In this document: piece by piece, positions 10,197-20,012 of the stretch | Position numbering within the stretch: position 1 is the stretch's first letter | How the letters are laid out: each line of letters opens with the position of its first letter | Assembly: GCA_964505635.1 (NCBI GenBank) | Contig: CAZDIP010000001.1 | Coordinates: 116,386 to 180,385, forward strand | DNA: 64,000 nucleotides | From: an uncultured Candidatus Saccharibacteria bacterium | Lineage (GTDB): Bacteria > Patescibacteriota > Doudnabacteria > UBA920 | Direction: 5' to 3' | The notes under the pieces: generated by a model | Told to the model about the DNA's origin: nothing | Seen by the model: the letters and a program-made list of their open reading frames with translations, nothing else | The model's database searches: none | Position numbers and translations under genes: made by a program

Positions 10197-12059
10197 ATGA
10201 AAATTACAGCCCAAGATTTACGAACTAAATACTTAGAATTTTTTAAATCCAAAGGCCACAGTGTTATTCCTTCGGCCTCTTTGGTGCCGGAAGGGGACTC
10301 TTCCGTGCTGTTTACAACCGCAGGCATGCACCCGTTAGTGCCTTATTTGCTTGGCCAGGAACACCCGAACGGAAAACGACTGGCGAATGTTCAAAAATGC
10401 ATTCGCACCGGCGATATAGAAGAAGTAGGCGACTTAACTCACCTTACCTTTTTTGAAATGTGCGGTAATTGGAGTCTTGGCGATTATTTTAAAAAAGAAG
10501 CCATTACCTGGAGTTTTGAGTTTTTAACTGATCCCAAATGGCTCGGGCTGTCTTTAGACAGACTTGCTTTTACCTGCTTTGCCGGCGACGAAGACGCGCC
10601 CCGCGATACCGAAAGCGCGGAGATTTGGAAGTCTTTGGGCGTGCCAGAAAATCGCATTAGCTTTTTGCCCAAAGAAAAAAATTGGTGGATTGCGGGCGAT
10701 ACGGGCCCTTGCGGGCCTGACACGGAAATGCATTATTGGATAGACGACGGAAGACCAGTGCCTGAAAAATATGATGTCAACGAGCCAAGATGGGTGGAAA
10801 TCTGGAACGACGTCTTTATGCAGTTTGAAAAATTACCTGACGGGAAGCTGATAGCTTTAAAAAAACCCAACGTTGACACAGGTCTTGGCCTGGAAAGGGT
10901 TTTAACTGTTTTAAATGGCAGTAATTCGGTTTATGACACAGAGCTGTTTAAGCCCATGTGGGAGGTTTTGGCTTTAGACCAGAAAATAATGACCAATGAC
11001 GAGGTAAAAAAAGCCAGGATAATTTTAGACCACATTCGCGCAAGCGTATTTATAGTCAGCGACGGAGTAGAACCTTCCAACAAAGACCGAGGTTATGTTT
11101 TACGCAAACTTTTAAGAAGGGCTATGGTTATGGGCAGACTTTTAAACTTAAAACACCATTGGCTGGAAGCGCTGATTGGCAAGGTTGTTAGCAGTTACGC
11201 AAGCAACTATCCCGAACTTGTTGAAAAATCTTCAAAAACATATGAGGTGATTTTGGCAGAGCAAAAAAAGTTTGAAATTGCTTTGGAAAAAGGCTTTAAG
11301 GTCTCGGCGAACATGCTGTCAAAAATTGAAAAAGAGCTAAAACCCATGGCGCGGAGGTTAAAACCAGATGGATCTATATGGGACATGGATGAAGAAATTG
11401 TTAATAGATTGGAGAATAATTTAGCTTTTAATTGGTATCAAACGTACTCGGTTCCTCTTGAGTTCATTATTGAAATAGCGAAAGTTAGAGGATTGCCAAT
11501 TAATGAGGAAGTTTTGACTCAAAAATTTTATGAACAATTAAAACAACACCAGGAACTTTCTAGAACCTCATCTGCCGGGCAGTTTAAAGGCGGACTTGCT
11601 TCGCATAGTGAAAAAATAGTCAGGCTGCACACCGCAACCCACCTTTTAAACGCGGCATTGCGGCAGGTGTTAGGCGAAAATGTATGGCAAAAAGGCAGTA
11701 ATATTACCGAGGAAAGAACCAGGTTTGACTTTACCCACGACAAAAAAATGACACCTGAAGAAATAGCAGCGGTGGAAGTTTTAGTCAATGACTGGATTAC
11801 CCGCGACTTAAAAGTAAAGCGCGAAACAATGCCCTTAGAAGAAGCTAGGAAATTAGGCGCCATAGGCGTGTTCGGAGAAAAATATGCCGACACAGTGTCT
11901 ATATATACAGTCTATGATCCAACCAACGATGAAGTTATCTCCAGAGAATTTTGTGGCGGCCCGCACGTTGAGCATACCGGCGTTATTGGCCAATTTAAAA
12001 TACAAAAAGAAGAAGCAAGCAGCGCCGGGGTTAGAAGAATAAAAGCTCTTATTATATGA
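10197..12059 (+). CDS. alaS: Alanine--tRNA ligase (compact form)
   Basis: LFTTAGM, FFEMCGNWS, GPCGPDTE, DTGLGLER, editing motifs HTATH and CGGPH. Confidence 0.95.
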   Translation: MKITAQDLRTKYLEFFKSKGHSVIPSASLVPEGDSSVLFTTAGMHPLVPYLLGQEHPNGKRLANVQKCIRTGDIEEVGDLTHLTFFEMCGNWSLGDYFKKEAITWSFEFLTDPKWLGLSLDRLAFTCFAGDEDAPRDTESAEIWKSLGVPENRISFLPKEKNWWIAGDTGPCGPDTEMHYWIDDGRPVPEKYDVNEPRWVEIWNDVFMQFEKLPDGKLIALKKPNVDTGLGLERVLTVLNGSNSVYDTELFKPMWEVLALDQKIMTNDEVKKARIILDHIRASVFIVSDGVEPSNKDRGYVLRKLLRRAMVMGRLLNLKHHWLEALIGKVVSSYASNYPELVEKSSKTYEVILAEQKKFEIALEKGFKVSANMLSKIEKELKPMARRLKPDGSIWDMDEEIVNRLENNLAFNWYQTYSVPLEFIIEIAKVRGLPINEEVLTQKFYEQLKQHQELSRTSSAGQFKGGLASHSEKIVRLHTATHLLNAALRQVLGENVWQKGSNITEERTRFDFTHDKKMTPEEIAAVEVLVNDWITRDLKVKRETMPLEEARKLGAIGVFGEKYADTVSIYTVYDPTNDEVISREFCGGPHVEHTGVIGQFKIQKEEASSAGVRRIKALII

Positions 12060-12445
12060 GCGATTTGGGTAAATTTTTAGACTACGATCAACCCTCATAT
12101 TCTGATATGCCGTTTGGAGAAAAATCAGAAAAAAATCCGATTCCATTTTTATTTCAGAATTTTGTAAACGTTACTATTTTATTTAGTAATAATCATTTCG
12201 AAAAAAATCATTTGGCTCAAGTAAACCCTGATGAAGTTAAAATTTTTTATTCTAGATTGATGGACGTATTAAATAAAGCAGAAGATATGATGAAAAAAGG
12301 AAGCCTTGTTCAAACACAGCAAGCGAACATTAATTCTCTTCAAAAATTTAAAGAATTTTTGCAAGCAACAAGCAAGGAAATAGAGTTTAATTTAAATACT
12401 ATCAATAAAATTTTAAAGGAATTTAGAAGAACTTTTAGGCCTTAA
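12056..12445 (+). CDS. Hypothetical protein
   Basis: 129-aa ORF overlapping the alaS stop (ATGA); no recognisable motif. Confidence 0.55.
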   Translation: MSDLGKFLDYDQPSYSDMPFGEKSEKNPIPFLFQNFVNVTILFSNNHFEKNHLAQVNPDEVKIFYSRLMDVLNKAEDMMKKGSLVQTQQANINSLQKFKEFLQATSKEIEFNLNTINKILKEFRRTFRP

Positions 12446-12450
12446 ATTTA

Positions 12451-13620
12451 ATGAACCTAGAATTTTACAATTGTCCCAAGCCGGAAGAGTTTGACAAAAA
12501 GCTTTTGCCGAAAGAAAAACCTTTGTTTGTAAATTACCAACCGGATTTCGGTTTGCTAAAAAAACTCACGGAAGAATATAAAAACTTTGAAAATATTTTA
12601 ATCGTGGCCCACGGCGGCAGCATAAACCCCCTATTGGGTATTTACAACGCTTTATATTATCAAAGCCAAAAAAAAGTTTATTTTTTAAACACTGTTGACC
12701 CTGACTATATACATAAGCTTAAAACGGAATTAAACCCAAATAATACTTTGGTTGTTTCTATAAGCAAGTCCGGTGAAACCGTGACCCAACTGGAAGAAAC
12801 TTTTGCTTTTGCTAAATATCCAATCTTAGTAGTGACTGGTAAAGCGAGCCCTTTAAGAGCCATGGCAGACAAGATGAAGTGGGCGGTCATTACACATCCT
12901 CCCATTGGAGGACGTTATACTGCTTTAACAGAAGTTAATTTGCTCGGGGCAGCGCTGGCCGGCTTGGATGTAGAAGGTTTATACCAAGGCGGACAAGAAT
13001 TTTACAACCTTTACGAAAAAGAAAATTTGGCCTGGAAAGCGGCTTCGGTTTTTTATCAGCTAGAGCAAAAAGGCTACGCGGATGTGCTAATGCTTTTTTA
13101 TTCGCATTTTTTATTTCCTTCAAGTTTTGGCATAGTACAGTTATGCCACGAAAGTTTTGGAAAAAACGGCAAAGGCCAGAGTTATTTTGCGCACGAAGGT
13201 CCGGAGGTCCAGCATCATACTATGCAAAGGTACTACGGCGGGCAAAAAAATATTGCCGGCTTATTTGTTACAGCGGATAATTTTATAAATTCCCAAGTAA
13301 CTAATTATCCGCCTCAGGCACACAGTACGCAAATTAAGGGCCATCATTTGGCAGACATAGATAAAATTCCTTTAAAGTATGCTATTTTGGCTGAAGCTTC
13401 GGCAAGCATCGAGGATTCAAGAATTAGGGGAATACCGTGTGTCCATATGTCTCTGGATAATTTTTCAGCTCAAGAAATTGGAAAATTTAACGCTTTTTGG
13501 CAATTGTTCGCGGTTTATTCTTCGCTTTTAAGGCAAGTAGACCCGTTTGACCAGCCTGAAGTGGAAAACAGCAAAAAAATTAGTTTTAGTAAAAGATTAC
13601 AGTATAAAGGTTTATTGTAA
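12451..13620 (+). CDS. pgi: Glucose-6-phosphate isomerase (short, divergent)
   Basis: ISKSGET, GGRY, PFDQPEVE..K. Confidence 0.8.
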   Translation: MNLEFYNCPKPEEFDKKLLPKEKPLFVNYQPDFGLLKKLTEEYKNFENILIVAHGGSINPLLGIYNALYYQSQKKVYFLNTVDPDYIHKLKTELNPNNTLVVSISKSGETVTQLEETFAFAKYPILVVTGKASPLRAMADKMKWAVITHPPIGGRYTALTEVNLLGAALAGLDVEGLYQGGQEFYNLYEKENLAWKAASVFYQLEQKGYADVLMLFYSHFLFPSSFGIVQLCHESFGKNGKGQSYFAHEGPEVQHHTMQRYYGGQKNIAGLFVTADNFINSQVTNYPPQAHSTQIKGHHLADIDKIPLKYAILAEASASIEDSRIRGIPCVHMSLDNFSAQEIGKFNAFWQLFAVYSSLLRQVDPFDQPEVENSKKISFSKRLQYKGLL

Positions 13621-13667
13621 CTTGGTATTTCCCCAAATTTCCTGTATAATAAAGGCAAATTTACAAC

Positions 13668-15314
13668 ATGACCCCTTCTATTTATATAAATTTAGAAGAT
13701 GATGTAGCAAAAGTTGTAGCCAGGATTAAAAGAGAAAAAAACCCTAGCTTAATTTTGGTTTGTCCAAAACGCTGTTTTTTATTTAACGACAGTATCAATT
13801 TAAGATTGTTAAAAAAACAAACAGAGTTACTAAACAAAGAGGTTTTTATTTTAACCATGGACGAACGGGGCCAGATATACGCAAAAGAAGCGGGTTTTGG
13901 TTTGAAATTTTTGCCTCAGAATAAAAAAGCAGCAGGTTTTACGGATATTCAAAGATCTGTAAAACCCTTAGCTGCCACTATTCAACCAGCCGATAAAAAC
14001 ACAAAAAACGGCCAAAAAAAAGAATCTCAGGCCAACAAACTTACTAAAGGAGGCTTTGCGGCGGCCGAGCCCATAAAAACTCAAGCCAAAGATTTAATTT
14101 TTTCAAAAGAGATAGAAACAACCTATGAGGCAAGAAAGAGAAAAATTTCAAATCAAAGAAAAGTTTTTTTTCTTCTTGGTGCTTGTCTTATTACCGCAGC
14201 TGTTTTAATTATCCTGGTTTTACCTAAGGCCGTACTAACAGTTACAGCAAAGTCAGAACCTATCTCCAGGGAATTATCTATCGGCATTTCTGTAACTAAC
14301 GAGTCTGTGGATGTGGCAAGGTTGTCTATGCCGGCAGTTAAAATTTCCGAGAAACTTCAGGTCAGTAGAAAGTTTACAGCCCAAGGTAAAAAAGAAATTG
14401 GCAATAAGGCATCAGGTTTAGTAAGAATATATAATTTTACTAAGCAACCACTAAATTTGAAAGAATCGACAACCAGCTTAATTTTAGGGAACAGAACCTA
14501 TAAATTAGTTAAAGATGCGATGGCCGTCAAGCCTACTATATACAAAAATCAGATTACCAAAGAAGTTGATGAAAGCAGTCTGGACGCGGTTTTTGAAATT
14601 ATTGCCACTGAAGGAGGAGAGTCTTACAATATACCCAGCGGCACAAGAATAGAGGTTACTAACCAGGTTTTCGGCAGCAGGCCTCAATTTTTATATGCAA
14701 AAACTGAAACCCCAATAATAGGAGGAACTTCCCGGTATTTATCTGTTTTGTCTCAGCTGGATTTGGACTTTGCCAGAAATGAACTTGGAAATGATTTAAT
14801 TACAAGACTAAATGAGAATTTAAAATCCAGAGATTTGAGCGTAGTGGAGAAAGCTTATTCTCTTGAAAATATTGAATTTATAACCGACAAGCAGATAGGT
14901 TCGGAAACCCCAAGTTTTACAGCCAATTTAACCGCGGATGTTACAGCGCTAGCTTTTAATTTAAATCAAATGAATGAGTTGGTTTTTGAAAGGGTAAAAC
15001 AAACCGTGCCTGAAAATAAAAAGGTTTTAGGAGGTTTAAGTCAAAACCTTTCTTATAGGCTTAAATCGGTTGACTTGCCAGCAGCTTCGGGGGTTATATT
15101 GGCAAATTATTCCTCCGTCATGGTTTATGAACTTGATTTGTCAGGCTTGAAAGAAAAATTGACCGGAAAAAGCAGGTCCAAGGTTCAGGAAATATTGCTA
15201 TCACGGCCCGAGGTTGAGGCTGTTGAAATGATTTTGGCGCCTTCTTGGCAAAACTCCTTTCCTTTATTAAAGAGCAGAATCGAGATAAAAGAAGAAAATT
15301 TGGAAAAAAATTGA
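13668..15314 (+). CDS. CPR-type membrane-anchored hypothetical protein with baseplate-J-like extracellular domain
   Basis: N-terminal cytoplasmic domain, one TM, KASGLVRIYN, GGESYNI, IIGG motifs. Confidence 0.6.
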   Translation: MTPSIYINLEDDVAKVVARIKREKNPSLILVCPKRCFLFNDSINLRLLKKQTELLNKEVFILTMDERGQIYAKEAGFGLKFLPQNKKAAGFTDIQRSVKPLAATIQPADKNTKNGQKKESQANKLTKGGFAAAEPIKTQAKDLIFSKEIETTYEARKRKISNQRKVFFLLGACLITAAVLIILVLPKAVLTVTAKSEPISRELSIGISVTNESVDVARLSMPAVKISEKLQVSRKFTAQGKKEIGNKASGLVRIYNFTKQPLNLKESTTSLILGNRTYKLVKDAMAVKPTIYKNQITKEVDESSLDAVFEIIATEGGESYNIPSGTRIEVTNQVFGSRPQFLYAKTETPIIGGTSRYLSVLSQLDLDFARNELGNDLITRLNENLKSRDLSVVEKAYSLENIEFITDKQIGSETPSFTANLTADVTALAFNLNQMNELVFERVKQTVPENKKVLGGLSQNLSYRLKSVDLPAASGVILANYSSVMVYELDLSGLKEKLTGKSRSKVQEILLSRPEVEAVEMILAPSWQNSFPLLKSRIEIKEENLEKN

Positions 15315-15379
15315 GTATTAACAAGAGTTAAATAATTTTTTCCTCATTTTTAAGCCAGAAAAATCAACGCAAGTTTGTG

Positions 15380-15407
15380 TTGACAAATTTATTATTTGTG
15401 TTAGAAT
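15380..15407 (+). promoter_or_regulatory. Sigma70 promoter for the infA-alpha cluster
   Basis: TTGACA-N16-TAGAAT with extended TG. Confidence 0.7.
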
Positions 15408-15424
15408 TAGCTAGATAATTTATT

Positions 15425-15694
15425 TTGGGTAATAATATTTATACAAGCAATCACGACTTGGGTCAGACAAGCTCAGGAAAAAATAAAGATGTAATCGAAT
15501 TAGAGGGCAAAGTAATAGAAAGTTTGCCTAATGCTGTTTTTCGCGTCCAATTGGATTCTGGTCAGGTAGTTTTGGGTCATTTATCAGGCAAAATGAGGGT
15601 TAATATGATTCGTGTTTTAACTGGCGATAGAGTAATAATAGAAATGACCCCGTACGATTTAACAAAGGGCAGGATTACCCGCCGAATGAGGTAG
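15425..15694 (+). CDS. infA: Translation initiation factor IF-1
   Basis: [31 protein letters not shown]; TTG start is uncertain. Confidence 0.95.
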   Translation: MGNNIYTSNHDLGQTSSGKNKDVIELEGKVIESLPNAVFRVQLDSGQVVLGHLSGKMRVNMIRVLTGDRVIIEMTPYDLTKGRITRRMR

Positions 15695-15719
15695 TTTATT
15701 AATTTTAAATCTTATACGT

Positions 15720-15833
15720 ATGAAAGTTAGAGCCAGCGTAAAAATAATGTGCAAAAAATGCAAAGTTGTTAAGAGATTTGGGCGAATTTATATTATTTGT
15801 GAGAATCCCAAGCATAAGCAGCGACAGGGCTAA
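15720..15833 (+). CDS. rpmJ: 50S ribosomal protein L36 (missing from the ORF track)
   Basis: Read by hand: [37 protein letters not shown]. Confidence 0.97.
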   Translation: MKVRASVKIMCKKCKVVKRFGRIYIICENPKHKQRQG

Positions 15834-15890
15834 TTTAATTATTTAATAAAATCAGCTGGTGCTTTATTTTAAGTTCCACTGCGAAAACAT

Positions 15891-16280
15891 ATGGCTAGAA
15901 TTGCAGGTATCAATATACCGAATGAAAAAAGAATAGAGGCCGCATTACCGTATATTTATGGAGTGGGTTTAACACTTTCAAAAAAAATTTTAGCGGCTAC
16001 CTCAATTAATCCAAATACCCGTACCAAAGATTTGTCTGAGGCAGAACTAAACCGGATAAGGGATTATATAGAAAGAAATTTTAAAGTTGAAGGTGAGTTG
16101 AGGCAGCAGGTGCTTTTGAATATCAAGCGAATGAAGGAAATTCAAAGCTACCGGGGAATCCGACACATACGCGGATTGCCAGTGCGAGGTCAGAGAACTA
16201 AAACCAACTCAAGAACAAGAAGAGGTAACGTAAGAAAAACAGCGGGTTCGGGTCGTAAGGCCGCCGCAGAAAAGACCTAA
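15891..16280 (+). CDS. rpsM: 30S ribosomal protein S13
   Basis: [22 protein letters not shown]. Confidence 0.97.
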   Translation: MARIAGINIPNEKRIEAALPYIYGVGLTLSKKILAATSINPNTRTKDLSEAELNRIRDYIERNFKVEGELRQQVLLNIKRMKEIQSYRGIRHIRGLPVRGQRTKTNSRTRRGNVRKTAGSGRKAAAEKT

Positions 16281-16298
16281 ACATAACTAACTATTTTC

Positions 16299-16760
16299 AT
16301 GTCTGAAGAAATAACACAGCAAACAAGTACAGATGTAGTAACCGCGGAAAATTCGGCGGTTTCATCTGTTGCGCCAAAAATAAAGGGATCAAAGAAAAAG
16401 AAGACTAAAGTAAAAATTTCCAAAGGTAAAATTTTCGTAAACTCAACGTACAATAATACCATTATTTCAGTTACAGACACAGCAGGTAATGTATTGATCT
16501 GGGGAAGCGCCGGCAAAATTGGTTTTAAGGGCTCAAAAAAATCTACCCCTTATGCCGGACAAAGAACCATGGAAGATGTTTTATTGAGATTGAAAGAAAG
16601 AGGCTTAACAGAGGTTGATGTTTTTATAAAAGGTATTGGTTCAGGCAGGGAGTCTGCCATCAGAGCTTTGCAGGGGTCAGGTCTGAACGTTATTAGTATA
16701 AAAGATCAAACACCTATCCCTCACGGCGGAGTCAGGCCAAAAAAACCGAGACGGGTTTAG
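16299..16760 (+). CDS. rpsK: 30S ribosomal protein S11
   Basis: STYNNTI, KKSTPYA, TPIPHGG. Confidence 0.97.
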   Translation: MSEEITQQTSTDVVTAENSAVSSVAPKIKGSKKKKTKVKISKGKIFVNSTYNNTIISVTDTAGNVLIWGSAGKIGFKGSKKSTPYAGQRTMEDVLLRLKERGLTEVDVFIKGIGSGRESAIRALQGSGLNVISIKDQTPIPHGGVRPKKPRRV

Positions 16761-16776
16761 TGAGCTGCAAATTTCA

Positions 16777-16848
16777 AGGTATCAGGTTGGAAGTTTATAG
16801 AAAGCAATTAAATGACTTGATAACCTTATAACTTTTAACTTGATAATT
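16777..16848. repeat. Inverted heptamer-periodic repeat upstream of rpsD
   Basis: aaggtatcaggt...acttgataacctt, followed by ataactt/ttaactt/gataatt units. Confidence 0.55.
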
Positions 16849-16853
16849 TATTT

Positions 16854-17462
16854 ATGAGATATACGGGACCAAAAGCGAAAAAAGCAAGAAGATTAGGCTT
16901 GGCTTTTACACCTAAGGAAGCTAGGGTTTTGCAAAAAAGAGCGTATGCACCTGGTCAACACGGTAAAAACCGCGCTAGGCTTTCCGAATACGGTATGCAG
17001 TTAAAGGAAAAGCAAAAAGCAAAATTTGCATACGGAATTTTGGAAAAACAATTTTCTAACTATTTTCAAAAAGCACTAAAACAACCCGGCGTTACTGGCG
17101 ATAATTTACTTAGATTGCTGGAATCTAGGTTAGATAACATTATTTTCAGGTTAGGATTTTCGGAAACTCGGGCTCAGGCCAGACAGATGGTCAATCATGG
17201 GTTTTTTGAAGTAAACGGAAAGAAAGTTGATATACCCTCTTTTTTGGTTAAAGTCGGGGATGTGGTTGCTTTAAGGCAATCTAAGTTAAAATCTAAATTA
17301 GCTGAAAAGCTTAAAGAAAAACTTAAATCTTACAAAAGCGCAGAGTGGTTAGAGTTAAGTTCAGCTAAATTTTCAGGCCGGGTTTTAAGCACACCTGAGC
17401 CAGAAGACATGAAAAACTTAATTAATACTCAACTGATTGTTGAGCATTATAGCCGTACTTAA
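16854..17462 (+). CDS. rpsD: 30S ribosomal protein S4
   Basis: SEYGMQLKEKQK, LESRLDN, ARQMVNHG. Confidence 0.97.
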   Translation: MRYTGPKAKKARRLGLAFTPKEARVLQKRAYAPGQHGKNRARLSEYGMQLKEKQKAKFAYGILEKQFSNYFQKALKQPGVTGDNLLRLLESRLDNIIFRLGFSETRAQARQMVNHGFFEVNGKKVDIPSFLVKVGDVVALRQSKLKSKLAEKLKEKLKSYKSAEWLELSSAKFSGRVLSTPEPEDMKNLINTQLIVEHYSRT

Positions 17463-17482
17463 AACAAGCTAATAAATAAACT

Positions 17483-17539
17483 ACTTATAACCGATAACCT
17501 AAAGAGGGAGTTATTGGTTATCAATTATCTGTTATAAGT
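17483..17539. repeat. Inverted heptamer-periodic repeat (hairpin) between rpsD and rpoA
   Basis: acttataac/gttataagt and taaccgataac/gttattggtta arms. Confidence 0.6.
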
Positions 17540-17551
17540 TTTGGAGACAAT

Positions 17552-18490
17552 ATGGAAGCCCTACCCTTGCCCAATCGGGCAAAAGTTAAAGACCTAGGCA
17601 ATAACAAATACAGCCTCACTTTGGAACCCTTATACCCCGGATACGGTGTTACTATTGGTAATGCCATGAGAAGGGTATTGCTTTCATCTATGCCGGGAGC
17701 CGCTGTTACCGCGGTAAAAATAAAATTTGTCGACCACGAATTTTCGACTGTCCCTAATATAAAGGAAGATGTTATTCAAATTATCTTAAATTTAAAACAA
17801 CTTAGAATTAAAAGTTTTAGCTCTGAACCTATTCGTTTGTCAATTAAAGTAAAAGGAGAAAGGGTAGTTACGGCTGCTGATATTAAAACCACCGACCAGG
17901 TTCAAATAATTAACACAAACTTGCCAATTGCGACCATAGACAATAAAAATGGGGAGTTTGAGGCGGATTTAGTGGTCGAACAGGGAAGAGGTTATTTACC
18001 GGTTGAAGCTAGGGAAAACCAGAAGCTGGAAATTGGAATGATTGCTGTAGATGCAATATTTACCCCTATAAAATCAGTTCATTACGAAGTTTCCAATGTT
18101 AGAGTTGGACAGCTGACCAACTTTGATAAGCTGGAAATTATTATGGAGACAGACGGAAGTCTTACGGGCAATGAAGCCGCAGACATCTCGGCTCATATAT
18201 TGGTTGACCATTTTAGTATGTTGTTTGGCGAGGATTTTTCGCAGGAGAATACCGTTGTTACATCACAGGAAATTCCGGTTACGGCTGAAGATATGGCTTC
18301 AGAGAACCCTGTGGAAGCAAATGAAATTAATGACTCAACTTTGTCAACAAGGGCGAAGAATGCGCTGGTCAAAAGTGGAATCACCACAATGAGTGCCTTA
18401 GAAGCTTTATCTAATGAAGAAATATCAGCCCTTCAAGGATTAGGCGAGAAGACAATAAATGAAATTTTTGAGTTTTTAAAAAGACAGTAA
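17552..18490 (+). CDS. rpoA: RNA polymerase alpha subunit
   Basis: EPLYPGYGVTIGNAMRRVLLSS; HhH-type alpha-CTD. Confidence 0.97.
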   Translation: MEALPLPNRAKVKDLGNNKYSLTLEPLYPGYGVTIGNAMRRVLLSSMPGAAVTAVKIKFVDHEFSTVPNIKEDVIQIILNLKQLRIKSFSSEPIRLSIKVKGERVVTAADIKTTDQVQIINTNLPIATIDNKNGEFEADLVVEQGRGYLPVEARENQKLEIGMIAVDAIFTPIKSVHYEVSNVRVGQLTNFDKLEIIMETDGSLTGNEAADISAHILVDHFSMLFGEDFSQENTVVTSQEIPVTAEDMASENPVEANEINDSTLSTRAKNALVKSGITTMSALEALSNEEISALQGLGEKTINEIFEFLKRQ

Positions 18491-18535
18491 TAAAAATCTT
18501 TTCCGCACAAAGTTTGTATATAAAGGAATTCAATC

Positions 18536-18880
18536 ATGCGACATTTAAAGAAGAAAAAATTTGGTAAGGGAAACGATCATAGAAGGAAGTTATTAAGAAC
18601 TTTGGCCTCCTCCCTGTTTTTGTATGAAAAAATTCAGACCACTTATGCTAATGCCAAAGCAGTAAAATCATACGCGGAAAAACTAATTACTAAAGCCAAA
18701 ATAAATACATTGCATAGTCGCAGGCAGCTTTTGGCTTTACTTTCACCCATGGCAGCCAAAAAAGCGATTGAGGTTATAGGCATGAAATATAAGGATAGAA
18801 AAGGCGGATACACCCGATTGACTAAACTAAATAATCCAAAAGCGGGGCAATCTAAAGCCGTGGTGGAATTAGTAGAGTAA
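18536..18880 (+). CDS. rplQ: 50S ribosomal protein L17
   Basis: MRH, EKLIT, RKGGYTR. Confidence 0.95.
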   Translation: MRHLKKKKFGKGNDHRRKLLRTLASSLFLYEKIQTTYANAKAVKSYAEKLITKAKINTLHSRRQLLALLSPMAAKKAIEVIGMKYKDRKGGYTRLTKLNNPKAGQSKAVVELVE

Positions 18881-18898
18881 TATATTCATTTTTATTAT

Positions 18899-19324
18899 AT
18901 GAAGTCACAAAAAAGTTCATTATCAAAATTAGTTGACAGAAAGTGGTTTGAAATAGACGCTTCCAAAATCTCAATGGGCAGAGTGGCTAGCTTAATAGCC
19001 AATTTGCTTAGAGGCAAAGGAAAAAGGTTTTTTACACCCCATTCTGACATGGGTGATTTTGTGGTTGCAATAAATTGCGAGAAATTGAAATTTTCAGGGA
19101 GGAAGGTCGCGCAAAAAAAATATTTTAGGCATTCAGGCTATTTAGGAGGCTTAAAAATTTCAACTTTAAAAACTGAACTAGACAAACACCCCGAACAGGT
19201 TTTAAAAAGGGCGGTTTATAGTATGCTGGATGAAGTGAAATTCAGAAAAACAATGATTGCCCGGCTAAAATTGGTCAGGGGAGAAAGTCATTCATTTAAG
19301 GTAGATAAGAAAATTATTATATAA
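18899..19324 (+). CDS. rplM: 50S ribosomal protein L13
   Basis: GRVAS, LRGK, HSGYLGGLK. Confidence 0.95.
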   Translation: MKSQKSSLSKLVDRKWFEIDASKISMGRVASLIANLLRGKGKRFFTPHSDMGDFVVAINCEKLKFSGRKVAQKKYFRHSGYLGGLKISTLKTELDKHPEQVLKRAVYSMLDEVKFRKTMIARLKLVRGESHSFKVDKKIII

Positions 19325-19360
19325 CCCTTTTATGGGTATGTATAGGGCTAATTTCTATAT

Positions 19361-19903
19361 ATGGTAAAAGAACCTACAACTAAAGCGCCAACTAAAGCAA
19401 CAAAAAAACCTAAAAGTCCGACAGTGGCTAAAAAGAGAAGTTCTGAGCCTGGTAGCCATCAGTCAACATCTCAGTCGGTTCATCATAAAATATCCGAAAA
19501 GCCTCCTGTAACTAAAGGCAAGTACATTTTTGCTACTGGTCGGCGCAAAACGGCCATAGCTAATGTGCGATTGTTTTCTGGGCAGTCCGAGAGTCTTGTG
19601 AATAAAATTCCTTTTAAACAGTATTTTGGATATATTTTTCACCAGCACGAAATTTTAAAGCCCTTTGAGCTGACAGGCTTAAAAGGGGATTATTATTTTG
19701 TTGCGAATTTAAATGGTGGAGGCCAGCATGCTCAGGCAGGAGCCCTAAGTCACGGTATTTCTACAGCTTTGGGTAAAATTTCTGAAGAAGTTAGAAAAGT
19801 TTTAAAGAAAAATGGGCTATTAACCCGGGATGATAGAAAGAAAGAAAGAAAGAAACCAGGTCTAAAGCGGGCCCGCAGAAGTCCGCAGTGGGCAAAAAGA
19901 TAG
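19361..19903 (+). CDS. rpsI: 30S ribosomal protein S9 with N-terminal extension
   Basis: TGRRKTA, ERKKPGLKRARRSPQWAKR. Confidence 0.95.
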   Translation: MVKEPTTKAPTKATKKPKSPTVAKKRSSEPGSHQSTSQSVHHKISEKPPVTKGKYIFATGRRKTAIANVRLFSGQSESLVNKIPFKQYFGYIFHQHEILKPFELTGLKGDYYFVANLNGGGQHAQAGALSHGISTALGKISEEVRKVLKKNGLLTRDDRKKERKKPGLKRARRSPQWAKR

Positions 19904-19911
19904 TGTTAAAA

Positions 19912-19950
19912 ATATAAAAACACCTCCAATGTTCGGGGGTGTTTTTATAT
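19912..19950 (+). terminator. Intrinsic terminator after rpsI
   Basis: ATATAAAAACACCTCC...GGGGGTGTTTTTATAT. Confidence 0.8.
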
Positions 19951-20012
19951 CCACGTTACTTTTTTGAATTTTTGTCGTATAATTAAGTAAAATAATTAAA
20001 ATAATATATTTT

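Noticed and set aside
13668-15314. Prophage or tailocin
   Set aside because: Single membrane-anchored gene among housekeeping genes; no other virion genes.
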